The position numbers and the translations under genes are program-made. DNA of 53,326 nt from Candidatus Moraniibacteriota bacterium (GTDB lineage Bacteria > Patescibacteriota > Minisyncoccia > Moranbacterales > UBA2206): NCBI GenBank assembly GCA_013334765.1, contig JAAXWW010000006.1, positions 1 through 53,326 of the forward strand, read 5' to 3'. The notes under the pieces were generated by a model, which worked only from the letters and a program-made list of their open reading frames with translations, was not told the DNA's origin and ran no database searches. How positions within the stretch are numbered: position 1 is the first letter of the stretch; every line of letters starts with the position of its first letter. This document shows positions 20,131-28,300 of the stretch, piece after piece.

Positions 20131-21093
20131 TTAGCAATCCACTTTTCTTTTCATGACCAAAATGAATTCGATGATATTCTTTATGACATTTCTTGTCTTG
20201 CCGTATGTCGGATTGTAATGAATATACAAATCCGGTTTGCCGTTTATTTCTATGATGCTGAAATGCTGACCCTCCGGCCTTTTCGTTATATCGTCGCACA
20301 TCAGGTCGATTCCGACGAGATAATTTTCTGTCAGTTTCCCGGCTTTTGCGCACAAAGAGGCTATGTTGTCATTTATGATGTCCGTCACGTCCCTTGTCTC
20401 TCCTCCTTCGGCTAGGCAAGAGTTGTTCTTGATGAATATCCGCGTTCCTTTTTCAGGTGTGCTTCCAAGCGATGAACCTTGTTTTGACAGGATGCTGTCG
20501 AGAACGTTATCCCGGACGGTTTCATTGCAGATATCTTTCTGTTTCCTGGCTATCAGTTCGTCAACTGTCGATTTGCCGTCTCCTAGGATGCTTGGCGGTA
20601 TCATTTCAAGCACGCCGATAGCCTTGTTTCTGAGCATCAGTACCCGGAACTCTTTTCCGAAAACCATTTCCTGTGCTATGAGGCGGGGAAAGATATTGAT
20701 TTTTTCTGTCAGTATTCTTTTCGCTTCGCTTATATCCGGGATATTTACGAAAACTCCGCGGCTATTCGATCCGTCAGAATCTTTTATGACGATCGGATAA
20801 CTGAGTTGGGACAGCTTTTCATCGGCAGGGTTCTTTTTGAAAGTCTTCTTATAGAAGCATACGGTTTTGGGCGTCGGGATGCCTTCTTTTTCAAGGATGA
20901 AATAAGTCAGATCTTTGAATGCCGTCAATTCTTTTCCGACAAGGGAGCTTCTCGTTATTTTGAATTTCCTCGAAACGAATATCTTTTCTCCATCTATCCT
21001 GATATAAAAGCATCCTCTTTCGGGGATTATCTTTTCTACGGAGCCGCCCATTTCTTCGACGACTTTCTTGATTAAGGCTGAATTTCTGATCAT
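20131..21093 (-). CDS. ATP-grasp ligase resembling the cyanophycin synthetase G domain / GshAB ATP-grasp
   Basis: YPIVIK.S.GS.SRGV, G.EFRVL, P..I.GDGKSTV.ELI, GG...DVTD, GIDL, IIEIN..P.L..H..P..GK.RNV. Confidence 0.82.
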   Translation of the reverse strand: MIRNSALIKKVVEEMGGSVEKIIPERGCFYIRIDGEKIFVSRKFKITRSSLVGKELTAFKDLTYFILEKEGIPTPKTVCFYKKTFKKNPADEKLSQLSYPIVIKDSDGSNSRGVFVNIPDISEAKRILTEKINIFPRLIAQEMVFGKEFRVLMLRNKAIGVLEMIPPSILGDGKSTVDELIARKQKDICNETVRDNVLDSILSKQGSSLGSTPEKGTRIFIKNNSCLAEGGETRDVTDIINDNIASLCAKAGKLTENYLVGIDLMCDDITKRPEGQHFSIIEINGKPDLYIHYNPTYGKTRNVIKNIIEFILVMKRKVDC

Positions 21094-21095
21094 TA

Positions 21096-22541
21096 TTATT
21101 TGCTTGTGTCTATTAGGAAATTCTTCAGATCCCTTCTTCCGATGAGCAAGGGATATTTCAGCCCATCGCGGTTGGCGATCGACATCTTGGAAGTCATGTT
21201 CATTTTGTCGATAATGATCGGAATCGATATCTCGGCCCTATAGGTGGCCCCATGAGAGGAGAATGTCTTAGCTACGCCTACGATATCCGGATGCTTTTCC
21301 AGTTCTTTCCATGTCTCGTTCTTGCTGAGCTCCCGTATTTCTTCTTCGCTGAGGACTTGATCGAGATGAAAATCTTCCCAGATTCTGACGGCCTCCCTGT
21401 ATCCCAGGCTTATGGCTAGGTTCTTATCTATAGCGGAAATGCCGGCTCCTGTATCTATGCGAGCCTCCACTTCGATTTCCTTTCCTTCTTTTCCGATGAG
21501 TTTCACTTTTTCCACTGTTCCAATGACTTTCTTTCCGGAAATCTCCTCCAGTTCCTCCTCGATTTCCCCTCCGAAAAGATCCATCCCGACGCGCACGCCG
21601 CGTTCGCGGGTCTTGATCTTGAGGCTTCTTATTTTTTCGAGCCTCTCCTTGAGTCCTGACAGGTTGGCTATCTGGATAGAAAGCCCCGGGCGGGCATTGA
21701 GCTCCAGGATGACTGGGCCTTTTTCCTTGTCGATCGCGATGTCGGCGCCCAGGAACCCGAGTCCCGAGACGCTTTGCGCGTCGACTGCGAGGCGCAGCAT
21801 GTCTTTCCAATAGGGAAGTTTCAGTCCTGAAAGCAGCAGCCTTGTCCCTGGAACGTATTCTATGAGCTTGCTTTTCCCGACAACGGCGCTGGTCGTGGTC
21901 CCGGTTGCCATGTCGATGCCGACCCCGACAGCTCCCTGCTGCAGGTTGGCTTTTCCGCTGGATTCCCTGGTCGGAAGGCGCAGCATCGCCATCACTGGGA
22001 TCTTGTTGAAGACGATGATGCGGATATCCGGAATCCCTTTATAGGCATAGGGTTTGAAAAGTTTCAGCAGCTGGAGCCTTTCTTCGAAAAAAGCCGTGTC
22101 ATGTATGCCGGAAAGGGAGAAGGATCCGTCGATGATGTTCCTGACATGATTTTTGAGATCGTCGATTGTCACTAGCGAGCGATCGGCTTTTATCCAGGCG
22201 TCGTCGCGTCCCTTCTTTTTGCCATATACGACGATGATCCCTTCACCGCCGAATCCTCGGTTCGGCTTCAGCACGAAGCTCGCGGGCAATTTTTGCCAAT
22301 CGAAATTATCCAGATCCTGATAGGAGCATATCTTGGCGATCAGTCCTGGAACGGAAATATTGTTTTTCTTGAGGATCCTTTTGCAAAGAAGCTTGTCGTC
22401 CGCGATGCGCTTGGCGCGCTTCCGGTTGAACGGCCGAATAAACTCAAGATTCCTTGAGTTCATGCCGAGTATTTTCCTGCTTTTCCTGAAAAAATCAAAC
22501 ACGCTTAGTATCCGGCAAAACATGCGATCAGTCTGTCGCAT
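21096..22541 (-). CDS. Alpha-L-glutamate ligase-like (RimK-related) ATP-grasp fused to a retropepsin-like aspartyl protease domain
   Basis: LGMN.RN, DDKL, VLKP..G.GG.GI, DIRII, AMLRLPT..S.GKANL.QG, LELNARPGL.IQIAN; C-terminal ARIDTGA ... YPLLIGR; start codon uncertain. Confidence 0.88.
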   Translation of the reverse strand: MRQTDRMFCRILSVFDFFRKSRKILGMNSRNLEFIRPFNRKRAKRIADDKLLCKRILKKNNISVPGLIAKICSYQDLDNFDWQKLPASFVLKPNRGFGGEGIIVVYGKKKGRDDAWIKADRSLVTIDDLKNHVRNIIDGSFSLSGIHDTAFFEERLQLLKLFKPYAYKGIPDIRIIVFNKIPVMAMLRLPTRESSGKANLQQGAVGVGIDMATGTTTSAVVGKSKLIEYVPGTRLLLSGLKLPYWKDMLRLAVDAQSVSGLGFLGADIAIDKEKGPVILELNARPGLSIQIANLSGLKERLEKIRSLKIKTRERGVRVGMDLFGGEIEEELEEISGKKVIGTVEKVKLIGKEGKEIEVEARIDTGAGISAIDKNLAISLGYREAVRIWEDFHLDQVLSEEEIRELSKNETWKELEKHPDIVGVAKTFSSHGATYRAEISIPIIIDKMNMTSKMSIANRDGLKYPLLIGRRDLKNFLIDTSK

Positions 22542-22553
22542 GCCAAGCGCTTG

Positions 22554-23213
22554 TTACATATTCTTTATTATTTCCCTGAATCTGACGTATTCCGTGATGC
22601 GAAGACCCGTCCATTTCCCGATCAGGAGATTCAGCGGGACAGTCAGGATGACTATCCAGGGATAGGTGATGATGAAATTGATAAGCAGCGGCCAACTGGC
22701 TATGTAGAAGCCGAGGATCGAAATGATGAGCGTTTCCGCTGCCAGCATGAAAGCGACGCGGTCTCCTTTTTCGATCTGCACGGTGATGAATTTCTCGACG
22801 AGAGTGATCATGATAAGGATAGGGAAAATGGAAACGGAAGCCAATCCTGTCCTTCTGAGTCCGCCACCGATAGTCAGCATGAAAAGGATCGCGATCGCGA
22901 CAATCGTGAGCATGATGGCGACGCGGGGAAGATAGAGCAGGCGGAGCGATTTAAGCAAGAGGCGCGAAAGCATTCCGACCAGAAGGATCGTCACAAAAAT
23001 GGCTATGCCGTATTTGACGCCGTTGGTGGCAAGGAAGGCGAAGGTGACTATGAGAGGAGTATATACTCCGAAAGCCTTGACTCCGACCACTTGGCGGAGA
23101 AGGGCGATGAAGGTTGCGATAATGGGGAGCATCAAGAGAAGCACAACGGTGTCGAAGGGAACCCCTTCCCGGAGAAAGAAATCGATAACGGGATTCAGGT
23201 GCTGTATGTTCAT
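22554..23213 (-). CDS. 7TM membrane protein (type found fused to inactive transglutaminases)
   Basis: LLMLP, RQVVG.KAFG.YTP, LPRVA, IFPI.I...VEKF, IGKWTGLR..EY.RF; start taken at ATG 23213 just after the ruvC stop. Confidence 0.8.
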   Translation of the reverse strand: MNIQHLNPVIDFFLREGVPFDTVVLLLMLPIIATFIALLRQVVGVKAFGVYTPLIVTFAFLATNGVKYGIAIFVTILLVGMLSRLLLKSLRLLYLPRVAIMLTIVAIAILFMLTIGGGLRRTGLASVSIFPILIMITLVEKFITVQIEKGDRVAFMLAAETLIISILGFYIASWPLLINFIITYPWIVILTVPLNLLIGKWTGLRITEYVRFREIIKNM

Positions 23214-23220
23214 GGTTTTT

Positions 23221-23715
23221 TCAAGTTGATTTAATGCTTGATAGTTTCCTGCTGTGGATGTGGCAGACCGCAATCGCAAGAGCATCTGCCGTATCATCGG
23301 GTTTCGGAACGGATTTGAGGCCGAGAATGTTCTTGGTCATCAGCTGGACTTGGGCTTTTTCCGCTTTGCCATAGCCGGTTATGGCCTGCTTCACTTGAAG
23401 CGGCGTGTAACTTGAAACCTTAACATTATTTCGTTCAAGTGTCAATAGGACAGTCCCGCGAGCCTGAGCTACCTGGATGACGGTTTTCTGGTTCTTGAAG
23501 AAGAAAAGGCTTTCCACGGCTGCTTCCTGCGGATGGTATTTTTCTATTATCTGAGCGATATCGTTCGATATTTCCAGGAGCCTGTCCTCATCGCGGCGGT
23601 CTTTTTCGGTACTGATGTGGCCGTATGCCAGGGCTTGGATTTTTCCTGAAGATTCTTCGATGACGGCCCATCCGGTGGTGGCTGTTCCTGGGTCGATGCC
23701 TAGCACTCGCAACAT
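23221..23715 (-). CDS. ruvC: Holliday junction resolvase RuvC
   Basis: RVLGIDPG, AVESLFF, QARG, VKQAITGYGKAEK, DDTADALA; ORF-track extension to 23757 is translated repeat. Confidence 0.96.
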   Translation of the reverse strand: MLRVLGIDPGTATTGWAVIEESSGKIQALAYGHISTEKDRRDEDRLLEISNDIAQIIEKYHPQEAAVESLFFFKNQKTVIQVAQARGTVLLTLERNNVKVSSYTPLQVKQAITGYGKAEKAQVQLMTKNILGLKSVPKPDDTADALAIAVCHIHSRKLSSIKST

Positions 23716-23820
23716 GGGGCATGAAACATGGGGCATGAAACATGGAACATGGAACACCGAGTTTGGAACATGAGCATGCTACGCGTCGGGAGTTCTATGC
23801 TATGTGTTTATGCTTCATGA
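23713..23820. repeat. CATGRRR heptamer array with degenerate inverted partner
   Basis: catgggg-catgaaa-catgggg-catgaaa-catggaa-catggaa (23713-23754); reverse-oriented units near 23795-23820. Confidence 0.8.
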
Positions 23821-24537
23821 CTAAAGATTATCGTATATCTCGTCCACGTCGTCGTGGTCGTCAAGCGTTTCAAGAAGTTTTTCATAATCGAGACGCGTGT
23901 CAGCGTCGATCTCGGCGATTGTCTTGGGCAGATAGCCGAGACTTGCTTCCAGCACCTTTATGCCATTGGCAACAACGTTTTCCCGAATGGAGTTGAGCTT
24001 GTCCGGTTCCGTGAAAATGAGAAGCGAACCGTCTTCGAGCTTGGTGTCTTTGGCTCCGGCATCGATTGCCACGAGCTCGATTTCATCAGGATCTTTTCCT
24101 TCCAAGTCGGCATAGATGATCCCGACGGAATCGAAATTCCACATGGAACTGCCCTTTTCTCCCATTTTGCCTCCGGATTTGGTGAGGAGTGTCTTTATTT
24201 CCGAAACGGCCCGATTGCGGTTGTCGGTCATGGATTTTATGATCATCATGACTCCGCCTGGACCCATTCCTTCATATACGAGCTCTTCTATTTCGGCGCC
24301 TTTGAGTTCGCCGGTCCCGCGCTTTATGGCGCGTTCGATGTTTTCCTTGGGCATATTGACTGAGCGCGCCCTCTCAATGGCAAGCCTCAGCTGAAAATTG
24401 GCATCCGGGTTCCCGCCTCCGCCGTCCCTGGCTGCTATGGTTATGAGTTTGCCGAATTTGGTGAAGACTTTTCCTCGTTTTGCGTCCTGAAGGCCTTTTT
24501 TATGCTTGATTCCTGCCCAATGCGAGTGTCCGGACAT
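23821..24537 (-). CDS. yebC: YebC/PmpR family protein
   Basis: MSGHSHWAGIKHKKG, NMPKENIERAI, YEG.GPGG, TDNRNR, DDVDEIYDN. Confidence 0.95.
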   Translation of the reverse strand: MSGHSHWAGIKHKKGLQDAKRGKVFTKFGKLITIAARDGGGGNPDANFQLRLAIERARSVNMPKENIERAIKRGTGELKGAEIEELVYEGMGPGGVMMIIKSMTDNRNRAVSEIKTLLTKSGGKMGEKGSSMWNFDSVGIIYADLEGKDPDEIELVAIDAGAKDTKLEDGSLLIFTEPDKLNSIRENVVANGIKVLEASLGYLPKTIAEIDADTRLDYEKLLETLDDHDDVDEIYDNL

Positions 24538-24660
24538 AGTTTTCTCTTACGGTTGGTTACAATACCACTCTAGCATTTTAGCAAGCTGATTTCAAGGAAA
24601 AACAAAACCATCCTGGAAAGGATGGCAAGCTGTTTGTGGGCTGTAATTGAACGGCGCGCC

Positions 24661-25248
24661 TCAGATCTTTTCATGATGAATTTTGCCTTGCAGCATTTTT
24701 CCGAATTGCGCCTCCTCGGTTTTCTCCTGTTTTTCTTGGAGATTCATGATAAGATCCTTGATCCTGTATGGATCCGGGACATTGTTGAAGATGAAACGTT
24801 CTTTTTCCGAAGCGGTCTGTATGTAGAGGTTTCCGAAGTTGAAGAAAGTGGGAATGATGCCGGAAACTTCAGTAGTGACATCCTGGATGTTTTCCAATTC
24901 CAATTCGCTTACTTGGCGGGAAAAAAGGGCCTTCTGTTCAATATTGACGACGCGCTCGTTGGTGATTATCCAAACATCGAAATAATAATCGATCCAGATA
25001 ATGAAGAATATGATCCATATGAAAAGCAGGAAGGTGTTTTCCAACAGGGCGAAGAAAGAGTTCCCGATGGCTTCGCCGAGGAAAGGGAACATGACTGGCA
25101 GATAGGCATAGCTGCCGACTAGCATGATGATGAGGACGAAAACGAAGAAGAACTGCGTCAATATGTCGAACCAATGGCGATGCGCTACTAGAAGGATCTT
25201 TTCTCCTTCTTTCTGTCCGGCGAAATGGTATCTGTTGAAATCTTGCAT
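24661..25248 (-). CDS. Membrane-flanked bacterial PH domain protein
   Basis: Two TM helices then ITNERV, IQDV, FG...IQTA, F.NVPDP. Confidence 0.8.
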   Translation of the reverse strand: MQDFNRYHFAGQKEGEKILLVAHRHWFDILTQFFFVFVLIIMLVGSYAYLPVMFPFLGEAIGNSFFALLENTFLLFIWIIFFIIWIDYYFDVWIITNERVVNIEQKALFSRQVSELELENIQDVTTEVSGIIPTFFNFGNLYIQTASEKERFIFNNVPDPYRIKDLIMNLQEKQEKTEEAQFGKMLQGKIHHEKI

Positions 25249-25257
25249 AGGGATTTG

Positions 25258-25491
25258 TTAAAAGCTGGTTAGATTGGCTATTTTGGCAAAAAGAGGCTGC
25301 CAGTTCACTGAAAAGAAGAGCGCCAGATTGGAAACGAAAAGCAAGGTCGCTACGATGACGAAGGTTGTGAGCATGATCTTGTTGAGCTCGGAATTCAGGG
25401 AATATTTTATGAGATGATAGGTGATGAAAAGGCAGAAGAAGATATATGAGAAGATGATCAGTCCGTAGAGTATGAAAACAAATAGCGCCAT
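25258..25491 (-). CDS. Small hypothetical membrane protein
   Basis: 77 aa, two hydrophobic helices, 9 bp from the next co-oriented gene. Confidence 0.65.
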   Translation of the reverse strand: MALFVFILYGLIIFSYIFFCLFITYHLIKYSLNSELNKIMLTTFVIVATLLFVSNLALFFSVNWQPLFAKIANLTSF

Positions 25492-25552
25492 AGGTTTGTT
25501 TTAGTTTGTTATGTTTTTGTGGCCGATATGATCAAAGTATTCTAAGACATGC

Positions 25553-25707
25553 AAGGAAGCACTTTAAAAAATAAAAGAACCAAACTCGAACGCTCTGTTT
25601 TCTTTTCAAAATATTCACGCCTCTGATTTGTTAGCGTTCCGCAGAATATTTTGAAGAAAACAGGCATTCTCAAACAGTGTTTCTTTTATTTTTTAAAGTG
25701 CTTCCTT
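25553..25707. repeat. 155 nt nested hairpin element, family B, copy 1
   Basis: Perfect 27 bp arms 25553-25579/25681-25707 and an inner stem CTGTTTTC..TTCAAAATATTC/GAATATTTTGAAGAAAACAG. Confidence 0.88.
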
Positions 25708-25734
25708 TGTGAATAACCTAAAAATCATACTGGA

Positions 25735-26733
25735 TCATATCAATTTTCCCGGGCATTTGATTCCGAGATGCTCGTAGGCAAGCTCGGTCACGACGCGGCC
25801 TCGGGGCGTCCTGGTGAGGAATCCTATTTGAATGAGGTATGGTTCGTATACGTCTTCGATGGTGTTTATCTCTTCGCTTGTGGCAGCGGCTATGGTGGAG
25901 AGGCCGACCGGACCGCCTGCGAATTTTTCGATGATAGTCGAAAGGATGTGTTTGTCAGCCGGTTCCAGCCCGATTGGATCGACGTCGATCATTTCAAGAG
26001 CCTGCCTTGCTATCACTCCGTCAACCATCGGATGATCTTTGATCTGGGCATAGTCCCTGACGCGTTTCAAGAGCCTGTTGGCGACACGCGGAGTCCTTCT
26101 GGAACAGAGCGCGATTTCTTGCAGGCCTGACTCATCCATTTTCACATCAAGGATGCGTCCTGAGCGCTCAATGATCTTTTTTATCTCGTCCGTTTCATAG
26201 AATTCCAATCGATGGATGGCTCCGAAGCGGTTCCGAAGCGGGTTGGTGAGTGAGCCGAGTTTGGTGGTCGCTCCGATGAGGGTGAATTTGGGGAGGTCAA
26301 GCTGGATGGTTCTGGCGGATGGTCCTTTGCCGATGATGATGTCGAGCTTGTAGTCCTCCATGGCGGGATAGAGCACTTCCTCGATCGATTTGTTGAGGCG
26401 GTGGATCTCGTCTATGAAAAGGACATCGCCGTCTTGGAGGTTGGTTAGGATGGAGCCGAAATCGCCCACCCGTTCGATGGCAGGGCCGGAGGTTATCTTG
26501 ATGCTGACGCCCATCTCTTTGGCGATGATGTTGGCAAGGGTGGTTTTCCCGAGGCCGGCTGGGCCATAAAGAAGGACATGCTCGATCTGCTCGCTTCTTT
26601 TTCTGGCAGCTTCTATGAGGATCTGGAGGTTTTTCTTGGCTTTTTCCTGTCCGACATATTCTGAAAAGCTCTGCGGTCGCAAAGTCACGTCGAGGTTTAG
26701 GTCGTCATTCTGTTCGTTGGCGCTTGTAATCAT
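25735..26733 (-). CDS. ruvB: Holliday junction branch migration helicase RuvB
   Basis: [49 protein letters not shown]...G...RTPRGR. Confidence 0.98.
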   Translation of the reverse strand: MITSANEQNDDLNLDVTLRPQSFSEYVGQEKAKKNLQILIEAARKRSEQIEHVLLYGPAGLGKTTLANIIAKEMGVSIKITSGPAIERVGDFGSILTNLQDGDVLFIDEIHRLNKSIEEVLYPAMEDYKLDIIIGKGPSARTIQLDLPKFTLIGATTKLGSLTNPLRNRFGAIHRLEFYETDEIKKIIERSGRILDVKMDESGLQEIALCSRRTPRVANRLLKRVRDYAQIKDHPMVDGVIARQALEMIDVDPIGLEPADKHILSTIIEKFAGGPVGLSTIAAATSEEINTIEDVYEPYLIQIGFLTRTPRGRVVTELAYEHLGIKCPGKLI

Positions 26734-26735
26734 AT

Positions 26736-26793
26736 CATGGAATATGGAACATGGAACATACAGCAAAAATGCCTTTTTGTTCCATATTCCATG
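26736..26793. repeat. Inverted heptamer array upstream of ruvB
   Basis: CATGGAATATGGAACA (26736-26751) and its exact reverse complement (26778-26793). Confidence 0.8.
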
Positions 26794-26823
26794 GTCTATG
26801 TTCTGTAATCAGTCTAGCACCAT

Positions 26824-26852
26824 TTGACAAATTTTAGAAGCTGTGCTAAGAT
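26824..26852 (+). promoter_or_regulatory. Sigma70 promoter
   Basis: TTGACA-17 nt-TAAGAT with extended TG. Confidence 0.75.
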
Positions 26853-26858
26853 ACTAAG

Positions 26859-27133
26859 TCATTTGGAAAAGCAGCTTTGCTTGATAAATGGCTAGCAGTA
26901 AATTGCAGGCAATTGGTGGTTCCTATCTTTTGCCATCAATCAGGGAACTTTTTTATCCAGACATGGGTAGCTTGGTAGCCTTCCACACCAGTTCTGAATC
27001 CATTTTGAGAATTGATGTGGCGGGTCGCTGGGCTATTCCTCGATACTGTTCCTTTTCTTGGGCTCCTAGTCTGAGAGTTTGCCTGCAAATTATTGATTGG
27101 ATAAGAAATCTCGCTTTCGGGCGAGATTTTTTT
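26859..27133 (+). ncRNA. Candidate 6S-like rod-shaped ncRNA
   Basis: Between a strong promoter and a terminator; closing stem TTGCAGGCAA/TTGCCTGCAA, internal AGGGAAC/GTTCCTT stem, long G-U-rich apical hairpin, unpaired bubbles; ~190 nt core. Confidence 0.55.
27106..27133 (+). terminator. Intrinsic terminator
   Basis: AAATCTCGCT-TTCG-GGCGAGATTT running into a T7 tract. Confidence 0.8.
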
Positions 27134-27172
27134 GTATTCTTGCATAGCTAGCGGAGAAGGATTGAAAATAAA

Positions 27173-27286
27173 AAAAGAACCAAACTCGAACGCTCTGTTT
27201 TCTTTTCAAAATATTCACGCCTCTGATTCGTTAGTGCTCCACGGAACATTTTGAAGAAAACGGGCATTCTCAAACAGTGTTTCTTT
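27173..27286. repeat. Hairpin element family B, copy 2 (outer arms decayed)
   Basis: 114 nt direct copy of 25573-25686 (offset 1600) with a handful of substitutions. Confidence 0.88.
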
Positions 27287-27324
27287 CAAATATTTGTCCC
27301 TATTCTAATTTATTTTAATCGTGG

Positions 27325-27390
27325 TTCTATAAATCCGTAACTCTTTCCACTTCCGAAAGCGTCGTCTCTCCTTCGATGACGTGGAGGATG
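27325..27390 (-). repeat. Duplicated 3' end of pilB (att-like direct repeat)
   Basis: 62/66 identical to 29060-29125; encodes the same ILHVIEGETTLSEVERVTDL-stop. Confidence 0.92.
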
Positions 27391-27397
27391 GTTGTTG

Positions 27398-28150
27398 TTA
27401 TTTCGTATTGCCCCACATAGCTTCGAAAAAATATCGTTGGCTTTCGGAAACGTCATTATTTTTGATATTAAATGTGAGATGTGGGTCGCCATATATTTCG
27501 AAGTCGATAGTGTCGTTGTAAATGACGGTATTGACCAAGTTTTTCTCAAGTCCTTTCATTGTCCGGTATTCGATCAATCCGCGTTTTGCGACTGCAATAT
27601 CCATGGAAGTCTTCAGTGATTCGGGACCTATGATTCTGAATCTGATATTCTTTGATACTCTTATTCTGTCCCATTGGGTATGAACGAATTCTCCAGCTTG
27701 GTCGAAATAGCGTTGCCATTCTCCGCATATCATAAGGATGGTCGTATCTTTCGACATTCCTTTAATTGTATCAATAAGCCGGGCGCGGAATGCTTTATTG
27801 CCTTCGGTTATCGAGAATTCCTGGCCTGATTTCTGCTGCATCAGCATCATGAGCGCTTGAGAAGCCTGCATGGCTTTTTTTTCCTGATTCTCAGCTAATG
27901 TGATTAGTTTTCGTGGATTTTCAGCTCTCCAGCTTGATTTTTTGATGCCTACCCGACTCACCATTTCCTTGCTTTCAAGAGAGGAGAGGGCGTTATAGAT
28001 GAATTGGCGGTGAAGTCCGGTGAGTTTGCTTAATGTGATGGCACTCATTTCGCCATAGGAAAGAAGCCTGGCATAGACCAGCGTTTCTTTCTCGTTGAAG
28101 CCGAGGGACAGCAGGCTTTCTTCTGTGTTTCGGTCAATAATTCTTGACAT
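27398..28150 (-). CDS. TrmB-family transcriptional regulator
   Basis: L..LG.N.KE..VY..LL..G....LSK.TGL.R..IY..L..L..K wHTH; EG...; IYND.I C-terminal effector domain. Confidence 0.85.
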   Translation of the reverse strand: MSRIIDRNTEESLLSLGFNEKETLVYARLLSYGEMSAITLSKLTGLHRQFIYNALSSLESKEMVSRVGIKKSSWRAENPRKLITLAENQEKKAMQASQALMMLMQQKSGQEFSITEGNKAFRARLIDTIKGMSKDTTILMICGEWQRYFDQAGEFVHTQWDRIRVSKNIRFRIIGPESLKTSMDIAVAKRGLIEYRTMKGLEKNLVNTVIYNDTIDFEIYGDPHLTFNIKNNDVSESQRYFFEAMWGNTK

Positions 28151-28197
28151 GATTATATTATATACCTTTTTTAAAGCAAAATAAAGTCAATAAATAA

Positions 28198-28239
28198 TGT
28201 CAATGTATCATTGACAAGTATTCTTTTTTAGCATATGAT
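28198..28239 (+). promoter_or_regulatory. Promoter with overlapping palindromic operator
   Basis: TGTCAATG-N3-CATTGACA palindrome containing -35 TTGACA; 17 nt spacer; -10 TATGAT. Confidence 0.7.
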
Positions 28240-28300
28240 TTGCGGTTAAGATGAATTATCTTAACCAAATGAACATTAACAATCAAGCGAGGATAATACC

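Noticed and set aside
22551-23234. Long antisense ORFs (also 29530-30330, 34358-35119, 41938-42834, 46738-47361)
   Set aside because: Shadow frames opposite well-supported genes with no motifs of their own.
23716-23757. N-terminal extensions of RuvC (and RuvB 26734-26766) in the ORF track
   Set aside because: They are translations of heptamer repeats; family homology begins at the downstream ATGs.
26888-27151. 87 aa ORF in the candidate ncRNA
   Set aside because: Runs through the terminator, has no RBS or recognisable motif; nested pairing explains the region better.
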